A stretch of DNA of 63,595 bases from Saccostrea cucullata (GCF_032062105.1 NW_026935162.1:1-63595), one strand, 5' to 3'; positions 1-14,186 are shown, numbered from the stretch's first letter. The notes: generated by a model not told the origin, from the letters alone. A program made the numbers and translations.

Positions 1-250
1 ACTTCTCATTCATATTTAGACGCCATCCCTTGCCGTTGGACAGCTCAAATCTTGTCCTATACTAGGCTCTCAGTGCCATTGAGCAGGGAGGGATCTTTTT
101 CATGGCAGCACCGACTGCCTCAAAGGGACCTCAGTTTATACGGACTCATCCAAAGAACAAGTCTTCACACCCCACAATGAAATCCGAACCCGCGAAGTAA
201 GGATCAACTCCTTTCTTCGCGACTCTTGAGCACACGCTCTAACCACATGA
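1..250 (-). mobile_element. tRNA-derived SINE (3' end cut by the window edge)
   Basis: The minus strand has A-box-like TGTGGTTAGAGC and B-box-like GGTTCGGATT. The body is shared with 51133-51388 and 56140-56476. Confidence 0.7.
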
Positions 251-1149
251 TAAATACTGTATGGCATGTAAAAATCGTGGTTGGAAAATATCGCGATTTG
301 CTCAATTTTCAGCAAATTGCGGTCGTTTGAATTCGGTGAAAGGAAAAATCATGCCTTTTTAAACAGTACTTGCAAATATTTTTCTCTACATGTAGGTATA
401 TATTGTGTAAATTAAAATTTCCTCTTTCTATCTTAGGAAAGTCTGTACATGTCTATAGCGCACATCAGACAGAAAAGTCAAGTCTTTATATTGTGTCTAT
501 TTTGAGTCCGATCGAATATTAACGAATGACGGGTATGGTCCCGATTGAAAGCAAAACAATTTTACGCATCCTTTTTTTTATTTGCGAGTCCAAATCAGTG
601 AAAAATTGTACCGTAGTCAAAATGTTGAACTTTTAATAATGTAATTGAAATTAATTAATTGACTTTTCCCTATTGTCTAGTACTACGTAAGTGCCTTGAT
701 TAAAGGTATTGACTGAGTGATACGCAAGGGTGATATTAGAATAACATGTTTTAATAAATATTTACATAGCTCGTCTACTAGATTGCAAAATTAATCGTTT
801 GCTATTGAAATTAATTTAACAATTAATAAGCTGTAAAAACATCAACAACTACATCTGTACATGTTTGTATTCGATTCATATACCTGCATAATTATAAAGA
901 CAGTCTACATCTCGGATATATAAATTACTGCCTTTGTGTTTGTAGCGAAGGACAATTTGACATATATTTTAAGAATCTAATCACAGATAACAATAAAATT
1001 TCATTTTTTTTCTTATAACTCTTTCAAAGAATTATTCACTGTATGCTGATTTCGCGGAATTTATTTTTCCGCGAATGTAGCGACTACGAGAGTAAATTTC
1101 CTGCTGTAACAGTAGATTGTTAGAATATACAGTGTATGTGAATTTGGGA

Positions 1150-1406
1150 AGTAAGTAATACTCAGATTGAGTTTGCTCATAACCCGAGTGTGTCACGGCT
1201 TTTGCAAGGTCATTTGAAAAAGTTCAAAGTTACATACATGTAAATACCTTTTTCATCTTCCTACTACCGAGGAATACACTGTTGACTTAGTTAATACCCT
1301 CCTATAAGATTGACTATAACCTAAGAATATGACACGACCTTGTTAAAAGGTCACTTATTCTTGCACGCAGCTCCTACGCGTTGCTGTGCAACGAGCTCAC
1401 CTCTAG
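1150..1406 (+). mobile_element. Helitron/Helentron-associated non-autonomous element, 3' part
   Basis: Ends in the hairpin CGTTGC-TGT-GCAACG followed by CTAG|T at 1403-1406. Same terminus as the 5902 element. Confidence 0.55.
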
Positions 1407-1759
1407 TTGACTTCCTTTTTTACGTATTGACTGATGTATTTATTCAATCTATTTACTAAGGGACTTTAAATACTGGTATAAAAGAAACTTAAGAAAATAA
1501 ATAAGTAAACATTCATGTAATATTCTATGTAGAAAATTAAAATAAATAATTTATAAATTGCTTTAACAAAAAAGAAAATAAATAAATAAATAGATATAAT
1601 ATACAAAAATAAATTAATATAAAAAATACTTTAATTTCATGATAGATTAACAGTGTACATTCACTCGTTTTGCTTCTATGTACATGCACACCGTTTGGAT
1701 TTCTATCGAATTAAATCAACACCTGTCATCTTTTTTCGCAATCAACAGATCAATATACC

Positions 1760-2015
1760 ATTTTGATTGGTCAACGCGCTTGTTGGTTAATCGTTAATCC
1801 TGATTGACAGCTCTGTAAAGAAATACCGAACTCGCGTTCGTTCTCTGGGACCGCTACTGAAAATTGGGTTCGCTTTCTTGGTCCGCTTCCGGTTCGCTGT
1901 TGGTGCCCTCCGGGTTCGCTCGGGGTCAGCCCTAGCGGACCCCGAGCGAACCCGGAGAGGACAGAGAGCAAACCTGGGCTTAGCTTTCTGTTAGGTTTTT
2001 TCCGGTCCGTACTGT
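1760..2015. mobile_element. GC-rich terminus of a DNA transposon with repeated GGTTCGCT motifs and a 20-bp perfect hairpin
   Basis: Stem 1908-1927 pairs with 1938-1957. Ends ...CCGGTCCGTACTG|TA. The partner end was not found. Confidence 0.5.
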
Positions 2016-2175
2016 ACATATACAATTGTAGAATTCGATCCCATTAAATCAAAGCTTATCCAGAAACAAATAAAATCATCATTACATTTATCTTCTTTAA
2101 ATATTTCAAGGCGTGTTTACATTAACCTAGCTGCGTCAGTCGATTTAGAAAATTTAGTTTTATCATAATTTTTTT

Positions 2176-3639
2176 TTATGAATAATGAATAAGAATATGA
2201 CAAAAGACGAAACTGAAAAAGAGAAGAAGGAAGATTTGTTGTACACCCTGGGTAAGGACAGAAAAGAACAGATGTACCCCGAGCTTGTAACGAACCCAAA
2301 ACTGAGTGTAATGTTATAATTTAAGTCACCGTTAGCATTTATTTTGAAATCTAAAACTGTGAGGCATTTCTTCTGACAGCAATTTTAATATCATTAACGC
2401 AGACGGAAGCTTAAATCAAAATATTTTCAATTATGATAGAATCGCTGTGTTTACATTATAATGAATTTGCCCCTTTTTGCGAATGTGTAACACGAGCTTC
2501 CTGGATAAGAAAATCTTAAAGTTTAAACAATATTCTTTTTTTCTTCTCATTAACTACTTGGAGATATTTCAAAACAACAATAGATGGATTCCTTCATGTT
2601 CAAAATACTTATTTAACTGCATAAATCAAAGAAGATATTTTATGTTCATGAATAAAAATCAAAATTTATATTTCAGCTCATCAAAATATTGATTTTTAAT
2701 TTAAACAAATACACATTGTTTATATCCATCTTCTTGTGTTATTTTGCCTCTTAATTTCTTGCCAATGGGGTATCTTTTGGAGATTGCTGACCAAATACAA
2801 CTCGTACTATTTCCTCCGAAATTCATAAACAATTAGTATAAATATTCCCTAATAACACTTTGAAAAATTAAGAAAATTAACCGACAGGAAATTTTTGGGG
2901 AGGGTGTGTTGTACATTCTAAAAAAATTCATTGACTTGGTACACTGCAAAGATGAATTTATTGTAAATATCTAGTAAATATTATTGACACAGTAAACAAT
3001 CCCAGACGCCCGACTTGTGGACTCACTTTATATTCGACCAGATTCAAGCAAAAGGCTTTTTTCCATCTTTTCTCGCTCTGAAACGAAAAATTAAATAATA
3101 ACACTCATAACATTGACAATTTACTTTAAAGACAATACATACAAATAGCAAATTACTTGTAAGAATTGTAATATGTTGAATTTTTTTTTCTTCAACAACG
3201 ACAACAATACCCCCCCCCCCCCCCAAAAAAAAAAAAAAGATAAAAGAAAAATGGATAATTGAAATATTTTTAACAAAACCTGGAAACACGTATTTCCATT
3301 CTGAATTCAAAAGTCTTTACAACAACAACAGCAATAAAATTAAAAAAAAAAACAAAAAAAAAAAAAACAATATTTACCTTTTGAACCTTCTATCTTGTTT
3401 TGAAACCTCTGATTCCCTCGCACTGAAAGAAAAGGGAAAAATACAATTAGATTATTTCCATTTTGGAATTCACTCTTCTTTTTCACTACCGACAACAACA
3501 AATATAGCCAAAGAAATATTTACATCATGACCCCGCTATCCTTGTTTCGCCTCTCGGAATCCCTATACATTAAAAAAAAATAATTTAAATATTTACAACA
3601 TGAAGCATCTGTTTTATGTTACTCTAAGACTCTCTTGCA
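2176..3639 (-). pseudogene. Decayed copy 1 of the same unidentified gene (frameshifted terminal exon plus micro-exons)
   Basis: 2301-2176 aligns to 9126-9005 with a 2-nt gap (LGSLQARGTSVLF / VLTQGVQQIFLLLFFSFVFCHILIHYS*). Upstream exon-like units with GTAAATATT donors at 3422-3378, 3569-3524 and 3639-3597. Confidence 0.4.
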
Positions 3640-5901
3640 CTGACAGAAAAAAAAAAAATATATGATCCAATTTAAGTCATGTTTATGACACAATAAGAAT
3701 TTTAATTTCAATATTCCCATATTTATCTTTTGTTAAGAAAATAAAAAAAGATTAATTCACACCAAATATAATATATATATATATATATTTTATATTTACG
3801 TGATGAGCGGTCGGTCTTCTTTTTTATGAATTCCCAATGTATATGCTAGATGCAGCAACATCAGAACCTTGGGGGAAAAATGTTTTGAAAAAGCATTTAT
3901 AATTGATATAATGTATTTATATTTAGTTTTTGCATTTTTGAAATTCACTTTGAGGAATTGGTCGTGTTCAAAGTGTGTAGTACATTGTTTTGAATTTATT
4001 AATGCATTTAAACCAAGCAGAACAGAGATCAGAGAAAAATAGCGCCGACTAAAAAAACTGTATAAATAATCTGCAGATTCAAATAATTTTTGACTGTTTT
4101 CAAAGAGCGGTATAAACACATGTGATAGTTACATGTAAAGTATCAGTTTTATATGTAATAGAAAATCAAAAGAGGACATGTGAATACTATGCGAAGATTA
4201 CCATGGTCTAACAAATGATCTAGGCAGGCAACGAGTTTTGATTCAATTTAAATTAATAAAAATTGATAAAAGTGATAGACAAACAGATCTCGCGATCGCC
4301 AGAAATTATATGACGGCATACCTTTGAAGATAATTATGTGATATATATGAAAGATTATTCGCTGCAGCTTTCAGATAAAATGAATTTTTCCTTGCAAGTG
4401 CCGGCTTGCCTGGAAATTTTTTTTTTTTTTTCAGGGGAATTTAAAGATTTCTTGTATATTGGCGAAAATTGTGAAATAGCTTAAATACCTGTTATGATTT
4501 TGCTTTTTCAAAAGAGAATAGATCATTTAATAGCAATAATCTATATGATCTTTAGTATTTTGAATGACACTTCAATTCTTTTACACGATTTAAGTAAAAA
4601 CGAATTGTTTGGTTAACAAATTACATTTCTTTACAACCTACAAAACGAAATTTATATGCTTTTGTCAAGATCACACGTAGGATTAAAATCTCAAACCTCA
4701 AACAACTTAACCTGCTACATGATCACGCACGTTTACGGACGTTTCTACAGGATTGTTTTGTCATCAAATCATTTAAACCACTGAAGTTATTATATAATAA
4801 ACCTTCGGAAGGGTCACACGTATTTACTTTTTTTTTAATTATCCATTAAGTCAATGATTGATATCAATATAGATAACAAATAACTTTTTAATTGCGTTTT
4901 ACTTTAATAATGCAATCTGATACGATCTACTGGAAGTCACATAATCCATTTCAAAATAGATTTTAAAGTTTCAAAGAACATATTTCAGCATGCAAAAAAT
5001 TGAAAAATTATGAAAGAAGCCATGTTACTATATAATTACGGTTAAACAAATGTAGAGGCTTCTCATTCTGTACCTTGGTTAGTAAAACAGCAAGCTTACA
5101 ACTGCTGTATTTATACCTGGTTCTGTTATTCTAAGAAAGAAAAAAAAAGAGTACCATTTTACAATACTCGGAATTTTCTATAATTGAATATCCTGTTCAT
5201 AGAATGACTGACGTAAAATAAAACAAAAAAGTACACATTGTCAATGAGTGGTTTCATCTTTCCAAATGAGAAGCATCTGTTCCGTTTAGATTTTAAATCA
5301 AGTTTCAAAAATAGCATTTCAGGACAAATTAATCTCCAGAAAATTACAACATATGGACAATTCGTAGTCCACATGATAAATGAAGGAAAAGGACGACTAT
5401 GAAAGACTCGCTTCTTAAAAAGGAAATGGAATCATGTGCCATGTGGAAAAACATCCACAAATGAATGGTCATACACTGTATCCACAGTGTGTTCCTTATC
5501 AGTATCTTGTTAACTAAAACATAATGAGAAAATAATTGCCTTTAGCACCTATTTAGAAATAAAAGGTTTTTCTCTCCCTTTATTTTGTTCAGGAAAAATC
5601 CAGAAGAATAACCCTACTCTTTTACCTCAATTTTTTTGTAAGTTACATAATTTTTTTGTATGTTGCTTCATTATATCGTCCACTCTTTGAAAACTTATTC
5701 TCTTTGCTAGATATAGTGTCTTCTTTAGATTCTTTAGAAAGGAGTTAAAAACAGATGAGTTTTAAAGTTTCGTATGGCTATTTTCCATAATAGATAAAAA
5801 GCAGTATATTTAAGAAAATGGGTCTACTTTGAGGAAATTGTCAAAAAATAAAAATATAACATTAAAAATAAATAAAAAAAAATAAAGAAATATTAAAGAA
5901 A

Positions 5902-6832
5902 CTAGAGCGAAGCTCGTTGCAAAGCAACGAGTAGGTCTTCCGTCCTGTTTGACTGGAAGTAACTTTCATTTTTTAAAAAAAAAGTAATGACGTCCAAACA
6001 TGGTTTAAATCCTCTAAATCCATGTTAATTAATCCCATTTTCGCTACTTTTGGTTTGACCGGATGTGACGACGACGGACCGAAAATTAAATTTTATGCAC
6101 CCATTGACAGATTTAACTCAAACGCTTGACAAGAACGGCAAAAATATTTTCGGAATACTCCCGGTTTGACCGGAAGTGACGTCACCGGACGTATTTTGAC
6201 GACCCCAGTAGATTAAGCTTGACATTTTAGACAACTTTGCTTCTTTGACGTATTACAAATTCTCAATACTTTTTGAGATATTAAGGAAGAAATTTCGGCC
6301 CCTCTAGACCCCTAATTATAGGGGCCAGCCCCTCATCGTTGATATCCTTTGAAAGAGTGTGACATTCTTTACAACTTTTGTTCTATGTGCCTTTACAAAA
6401 TATTTACATGTAAAAAGTTATTTGCAGAAAAGGTGTGAAAAATTTCTAAATCCCCGATAGGACTATTTTCGGACCATAGCGAGCGCCGACGTGCGGTGTT
6501 TCTGGAAAAAGTGAAATGCAAAAGGCATATCTACAGACATAGGTCTATCATACCTGAAAGTTTTATGTTTCTATCTCAACCCATTTTTCAGAAAAACTCT
6601 GGACAACCTGACCCTTTAAAATTCATAAAATCGGCAATATCTCAAACCGGAAGTGACTTCATCAAAAAGAAAAAAAAAACACGCATAAGGTTCAAGTAAT
6701 GAAACATAAGTCCTGAAAGTTTCATGAAAATTCATTCAGCCGTTTTCGAGAAATCGCGTGCACAAAATCGATAAGGAAAAAAAAAACAATAATAAAAGTG
6801 AAAAAGAAACCTAAGAACAACAGAAAGGACCT
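5902..6832 (-). mobile_element. Helitron/Helentron-associated non-autonomous element
   Basis: Minus-strand 3' end: hairpin CTCGTTGC-TTT-GCAACGAG, then CTAG|T. Subterminal AGGTCTTCCGT, repeated ACCGGAAGTGAC motifs, A-rich far end. Confidence 0.7.
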
Positions 6833-9004
6833 CAATGAATAAATAAATAAATAAATGGATTAAGTAAAAAAAAATAAATGCTCAAACTCAATCTATCAAA
6901 CAATTATTTAAAAACCGGGGGGGGGGGCTAAGCCATATGCCTACATAAAGTAAAATAGAAAATCAAGTAGATAAATCTTGTTAGATTTATTACAGTTTAC
7001 ATAGAGAACGGAAAAATTGCTATGAGGATGCACTCTAGTTAAAAATTAGTGTTCTTACTAATCAAATTCTCACCGTGATATTAAAAACATCTTAGAACAA
7101 ATTAAATACAAATGCAAGTGTAAGCCTGCTGAATATCAAGACCTGTATTCTTCTTAAATTGCCAGCCATATGTGACTGCTTAGTGCAGTGGTTAGAGAGA
7201 AACTATTTAAACGGACGTTTTTTTTTTTGGAAAATAGTTCGAATTATGCTCTGATGTTTTGATTTTTTTTATTAGTTTTCTTTTACTTTATATGTAAATC
7301 GTTATAAGAATATTTCAATGAAAATAAATATAATCATGCATGAAATAATAGACCCATTACAAAATATATAGGAATCACTACCAATGTTAAACATTCTACG
7401 TAAACAAGCTTATTAGTTTACATTCATTGTCCTGTCATGTATTAAAGTAACGACACATGTTGTGCAGTAAAGTAAAGGGAGAATTTTTGACATCACTTGT
7501 ATCCATCAACGAAGTAGACAATTGGTAACTGTAGAAATTGAAGGCCATTGTAAGGAGCAAACTAACTTTGTTTTATACAGTACATGTACCAACTCTCTGA
7601 TGAGTTATCTATCTTGGCTCTTGGTGCCATATATATAAACTTTGCTCTGTTACATTATAATTATGTTTATTTTTAAGTTTCCAATATGTTTGAGAAAATT
7701 GTCGATAAATACAGTAGAGGAAAAAATGAATTTAAAATAGACATCTGTTATAAACTCCGTAGCTAGGTTAAGGATTCCCATAAAGCCGCAGTAATGCACA
7801 TTTGTACATAAACATTCTAAAAACACAGGCACAATCCATAGAAAATCTCAAAAGTTCTACAATATCTGCTTAATAATAAAATTTTATTATGATTTTTAGG
7901 CACATGTAGCTATTGTCCTTACTATTTTGAAAAGTGCTGGGAGCAAGTTCTGTGCTGTTGCATTTTTCAATAATTTTACATTATTTCGATTCGTATAATG
8001 TAAATGTACAGAGTTTATCTGAAGACAGCTAAACTTTATATAATTCCCGGGCATGGGGAAGTTGCTCCCAGCACTTTTCACATTAAGAAATTTGTCTTAA
8101 AAAACACAATCATTTTCATAGTGAAAAAATATCCGTATAGCGTTAAACTTTTAAATCTTTGTAGCCGTACATATTTTTTAAAATAATTTTACTCATGTCA
8201 CGTGACAAACGGCTGATGTAAGTGAAGTCCCTTTAGCATAACTCGGCAGACATTCCATGCATACATATGCAATAGTAGAATTCGATCCCAGTAAATTATG
8301 CTTATACAATGTAGATTATGTAGATAGTTTAAAACCACAAAAGATGATCTTGTTCATGTTCAAAATACATATTTAACTATATAAATCAAAGAGGATATCT
8401 TATGTTCATAAATCAAAATTAAAATTTACATTTCAGCTCCTCAAAATATTCTTTATTTGATAACTTTGTTGTTGCACGCGCCACAATGAATTGTATAGAT
8501 TAAGAAAAACACACATCGATCCACCTATCGTTGCTTAAAATTTTGTCAATTTAATGGCAGATTATAAGGAAATAATATTTTGTCATTAAAATTGAAAAGA
8601 ACAGCCGGAGTCATATTTCAATAAGTGAAACGAACACGTTTTCATTTCTCATTCAAAATATCACAAAAATGCATGGGAATCATATTTATGTATGAACCAT
8701 CTGCCCTTCAAGGTGATTATTTATTTTTTTAGTCAGTTATCAAATAAATTCAAATTATAAGAAATGAACTTAAAAGCTTCCCAGATAATATGGTATCAAA
8801 TCGAATATGATTGTTAATGGGCTTTATAAAAAAGCCATGCAATTATAAACAGCGTAAATTGTTCCAGCGCGATATTCCGAATAGTTTAATTACCTTTTTA
8901 ATATGAAGTTTTTTTTTAATGTGTCTGTATATTAACATGGCTTTTATGTTGATTGGACGTTTCAGACGAAAAAAGAAAGCTATGAAACGTAATGTATCTT
9001 GAAG

Positions 9005-9126
9005 TTATATGAAGTATATTACAAAGAACAAAACTATGAAAAAGAGAACAAAGAGTATTTTTTGTACACCCTCAGTAAAGACATAAAAAAGTACAGATGT
9101 ACCCAGAGCCTGTAAGGAACCCAAAG
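9005..9126 (-). other. Putative terminal exon encoding a hydrophobic C-terminal tail (GPI-signal/TM-like) of an unidentified gene, copy 2
   Basis: TTAG acceptor, then LGSLQALGTSVLFYVFTEGVQKILFVLFFIVLFFVIYFI*. Homologous to 2176-2301. Confidence 0.5.
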
Positions 9127-12100
9127 CTAAGTGTAATGTTATATCTTAAGTCACCGATAGCTTTAATTATGATATCTTAAACTGTGAAACATTTCTTATT
9201 TCGGCAATTTAATATCATAAACTCAGACGGAAGCTTTAAACAAAATATTTTAAATTAAAAGAACGGCAAGCCTCGCGAATATATACACCATTGTAACTCG
9301 TTGGATAAAGCCAATATCAAATCAACCAATTAAAGATGTTCTTTTTATCTCATACAAATTTCTTTTTAACAAAACTTTGAGACTTTCTCTGAGAAATTAC
9401 AGGAATGATTGCTAATTCAAATTGATGACGAATGACTTGATGACGTAGCACCGTTGATGTTGACATGCCTCGAAAGAAAGTATATCGTTTTCAAAAGTTA
9501 AAATTTTTGCTATCTGTGTCTTTGAAAACATTAAGTGACAATTCCTGGAGCTTTACATCGAACGAACTTCTTACTGAAAGTTGTAAGGATCCTGGGATCG
9601 TGAATATTAACTCTTTGCTCGATGGCCAAAAAAAAAAAAGTTACATCTTCATTACATGTACTACTAGGTAGGCATAAGTAGTATAATGCAAGGAAGCATT
9701 ATTGAAGATGTTAAAGGGATATTCTAACAACAACTTAACTACTAGTCTTTACTTTTTCCGAAAACGATTTAAAGAGGGGGGGTGGTTTAAAATCTGTCTT
9801 CAAGTAGCCAATACAGGTTCCTTGATACAACAAGACACTTTTTAGACATATACGAGTCTTTTTCGTGCTTTTAGCGATATTATTGCCCTTTGTCATTCAT
9901 TTTATAAGGACAATAATTTTCACAAATAAAAGTTTCAATGAAATAAAATCTTGAAGCGAGGAATCGCTCCAAAACCGGAAATGCTATTGATAAAGCATAT
10001 ATCTGTAGATAAAGCATATCCAACGGTCTGTATCACCAACACGTATTAGATAAATCTTGAAGTTATAAAAACTATATTGGGACAAATTGATTTGACACAT
10101 TTTCGTGCCTTAACGAAGTAAACATTATTCTTAAAAGTTTAAAAAAGTAACATTTTTTTGTATTTTTAAACAAAATATTAAAACCATAATAAATAAATAA
10201 ATAAATAAAGCAATGTGAGATAGCAATGACAGTTCATCACTCGTATTAATTCATGCTCATTGATGTGTGCCTGGTTTATACATTGAACCAACCCCGGAAA
10301 ACGTAAATATTTACAATAACAAAGCCCGTGACCTCTTTACAAAAACAAATGCTTGTCGTTGTGTGAAAAAGAATACTCCCATATACTATCACTGAAATCT
10401 TAGGAGTATTTGTTTAAATTTTATCCAGCTGCTTCTTTTACATTTTAAATTAAAAAAGAAATTTTAAGTACTGTATTTACAATGCAACTGTGCCCCGACA
10501 CCCCTTAAAATTGATTTCCTTAAAAATAAAATATACATTATATAATAAACAGTATTGATGTTCTAAACCATTCATGATTTAAGATCTTTCACAGATGTTT
10601 GTTTTCACTAATGAAATTTATGATATTTTTATCCAGAAGAAAAGCTAATGTACATCTCGTTACGTATATATTTCAAATATGCTAAGCAAAGAATGCAGGT
10701 GCATTTTTCTATAATGTAACTGCCAAAGACGCCGAAGGACCCGACACCTAGATCTTAATTAAAATAAATTTAAGGGAACAAAACATGCAGTCCCTTTTTC
10801 TCTCTTGAAACATAATTTCTAGATGCATGCTGTAAAATGACGTAGATAACATTATCTACATTTTGTTGTTTTTATTCCAACTTTTAAGTAATTTCGAGAC
10901 CTCTAATAATGATTTTTTTTCTGTGCCACTGATAATGAGAACAATTTCTTTAGCAATCGTCAGAAGTATAAACAACATAAAAGCATTTTCTCTTTGATTA
11001 AGAACAGAAACTCTTTGATAAAGAACAGAAAAAAGTTTAAATATAAGCAAAGCAGTTTCTCTATAAATAAGTACATGTACACGTTATATCTATTTTTAGA
11101 ATGGCGCCTAAACATTTGCAATTGCAACCGTGTGTTATTTGTTTAGAAAACAATGTAGGAGCCAGTGTTGCTTAAATTAAAGAGGGCACTTAGAGGCCCA
11201 CATAATTATAACTTTTCAAAGATTGAATTTTACTTTATCTATACTTTTTTTCAAAGAGATTCAATGTATTAAAACTTTACATGTACGATGGTTATTTTTG
11301 TTTTGGTGTCCCCTCCCCAAAGCAAAAAATTCCTTTATTATTTTATATAAGAAAGTCTTCCTGTTTTGTATTGCGCTTTTCATAGATCATGATACGATGT
11401 ATATGAAATATTTCTGAAACATGAATGTTAATAAGTTGGCAATAAGATGTTTAAGTCTAGTATTTTAATAACATTGATGTCGCATCTTTTAGAATAATAA
11501 ATTATCCGTCAATGACTCCTGATTTCTACAATTTTATTTCCATACATAGAAAAAGTACTTGGCATTGATATACGGGGGACGTACATATGTATCATAATTA
11601 TATTTGATACAAATGCATGAATATAACATATTTTTCACCAGTTATACTTTAGGAAATGTAAATTTTCCTCAATTCATCATGACGGTTCTTTCATTAGCAA
11701 ACCTAAAAAGATGAGATTAGTTAACCGGTGACTTTCTAATTATGTAGAGGTAATAATGTAAATGAACACAGCATATTTCACTTTTTCTATACATACAATG
11801 TAACCACAGACAATATAATGATGAGATTGCAATTTTTATGAGGTTTAGATAGCAGAGGTTTTGTCCTTAAAAAGTGAAAGTAAATGATCTGCACTTCACA
11901 GACGAGGGGATATATATTACGACCTTGACTGATATTCTTCTTCAGTGTCTCAAAATAGCTTAAATTACAACGAGAAATCGGATTGCGATGTATTTATCGG
12001 ATGCAGTTACAAAAAAAAACAACTTTTGATTTAATTTCTTCTTGGTACTCAAGCACTTTCATATGTACCAATGAATTTTGCTCGACTACCTAAAAATAAT

Positions 12101-14186
12101 CGTGTATGTCCTCAAGCATTTTTTACTTTAGCGATCTACATTGCAACGACAAAGTTTTTATTATGATTTTTTACGCTCATGTTTCTTTCTCGGTTTTTAC
12201 TTCTCGACAAAGATATCTTATTTTATAAAATTCTGACGTGTTTCTTTCCACCTTTATACATAATATGTTTATTGCTTTATACATTAACAGCTTAAATGTG
12301 TGTATTATAGATTGGATCCCATCAATACATAATAAATACACCCTGATGTTTCTATTATGTCAGTTTAAAAAAAGAAGACTATACAACAAAAGGATGAAGC
12401 ATATTTTACTAAGTAGTAAACACAATATTGTAAATAAGATTATTGAGGATATTTTTTTTTTATTCTAACATTTTTGCTCTGTCTTTAAATCAGGACAATG
12501 TCAGAGATCCATGCATTGTCTGAAATAGAATACATTATATATCCGTGATAATACCTTTAGAATTTTTTTTTTCAAGAAGGTTTAAAATCTTGATAAACGT
12601 CCACACCTAACGCAAAAAAATGATATTCTGATTCAATGGTTTTTAAGGCCGGTACATAAATTTTGTACCTAACATTGTTGTTAAGAAAAAAATGACAAAT
12701 GATTAATATTTCGACAGTTATTTTTTTGTATGTTGACACATGTATCCTTTGGGCTGCCCCCAAAATACTTGTTTAATTTTAACATTTTACATGTAATAAA
12801 AGACGTTTGGAAAACAAAGAGTAAGTTAAATTAAGATATTATGCATTGAGCATTTTTGTGCAATAAACTAGTTTTCTCATTCAAATCAGCATCTGTCCAA
12901 TGAGGAAAAAGACGAAAAAGCACCCGAACAACAGAAAAAAGGAAGTGCTTCGTCCATAAGAATATATATATCAGCAAAGAAAAACAAAGTTTATGTCTGC
13001 TTTTTATTTAATCTGCAGAATTCAATAAATATTTAACTGATTTGTCAGGAGAATAAGAAAAATGGCATACCAGAAAAAAATCACACTTCACTATCCTAAA
13101 AAAAAAAATCAATATTCAATATTTTCCCCTGGAGATTTCCTACTTGAATTATTATTGATTCCAAAACATCAAAGGTATTTGTCATAGATAATATGACGTC
13201 ATAATATGTAAGTGGCTCAGAGATCAGGGCAGAGCAACGTGATGTGAAAACGGATATAAACACGTATTTTAACAACATATGCAGAAAAAAAACTTGGGAG
13301 TTTTAGTGTCTGTCAAAATGATTTATTTGTTTTCTTTTTTTTAATATAAGACCAACATTCTACGTTATGAGCAGATTGAAGGTTTTTCTTATATTTTCTT
13401 ATATTCTTTTTCTTATATATTTAAATTCATTCATTTGTTTTTGGCAAAAGCAAAAAGGATGCTCTAACTTGTTCTGAAGGTGAGAAACATCAAGAAAACT
13501 CTTATTTGTTATAAAACTGATTTATTAAGATACCAACAAAAGGAACTACACGTATGTTCACTGAAAAGAAAAGCAAAACAAATACACAAGTCCAAAATTT
13601 CTTGCCAGAGTATATTATACTAAAATATAAAACCTCATATGAGTTACCTATTATATGATGCTTATAAAAAATGAAATATTAATGGAGAAAAAAGAAGAAT
13701 ATAGCTTTACAAAAAGTGACATTGCGCAGTGATGAACACGATTGAAAATTTTGGACACGTTTATAAGAATTCCATCTTCGTTGTATTCATTGAACCGTAG
13801 TTTTTATTCTTGTACTTCATCATTTCTAAAAATACACCACATTGCTTGCATTGTTTTTCTCGTATCACAGTCGTTTCTACAAAAAAGAAAAAAAGAAAAA
13901 AAAAAGAAATCCACTAAAATTGAAATTAAAGCTGCAAGTGCAATACATAATCGAAAAGTTCAAAGATATAATTTTTGTTAAAATATTGTTACCTTACGTA
14001 GGGTATTAGATGCACAATAGCAACTACACAGGTGATTAGGATTCCGACAACAATATAAAGCCAAAGATATTTTTCGTCAACATTTTCCTTCTCTAGTAAT
14101 GAAAACAGATTAACAATTCAGGCACAGTTTATCTTTTTTTTAACATTTGATATCAAAATATAGATCTGAGCAAAATATATATATAT

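Noticed and set aside
1771-2025. 84-aa ORF
   Set aside because: It lies in the GC-rich hairpin/TE terminus and is open because of base composition.
5323-5512. Plus-strand frame with KWNHVPC...VC resembling a C-type lectin end
   Set aside because: Internal stop, no partner exons, and the motif is too short to support a call.
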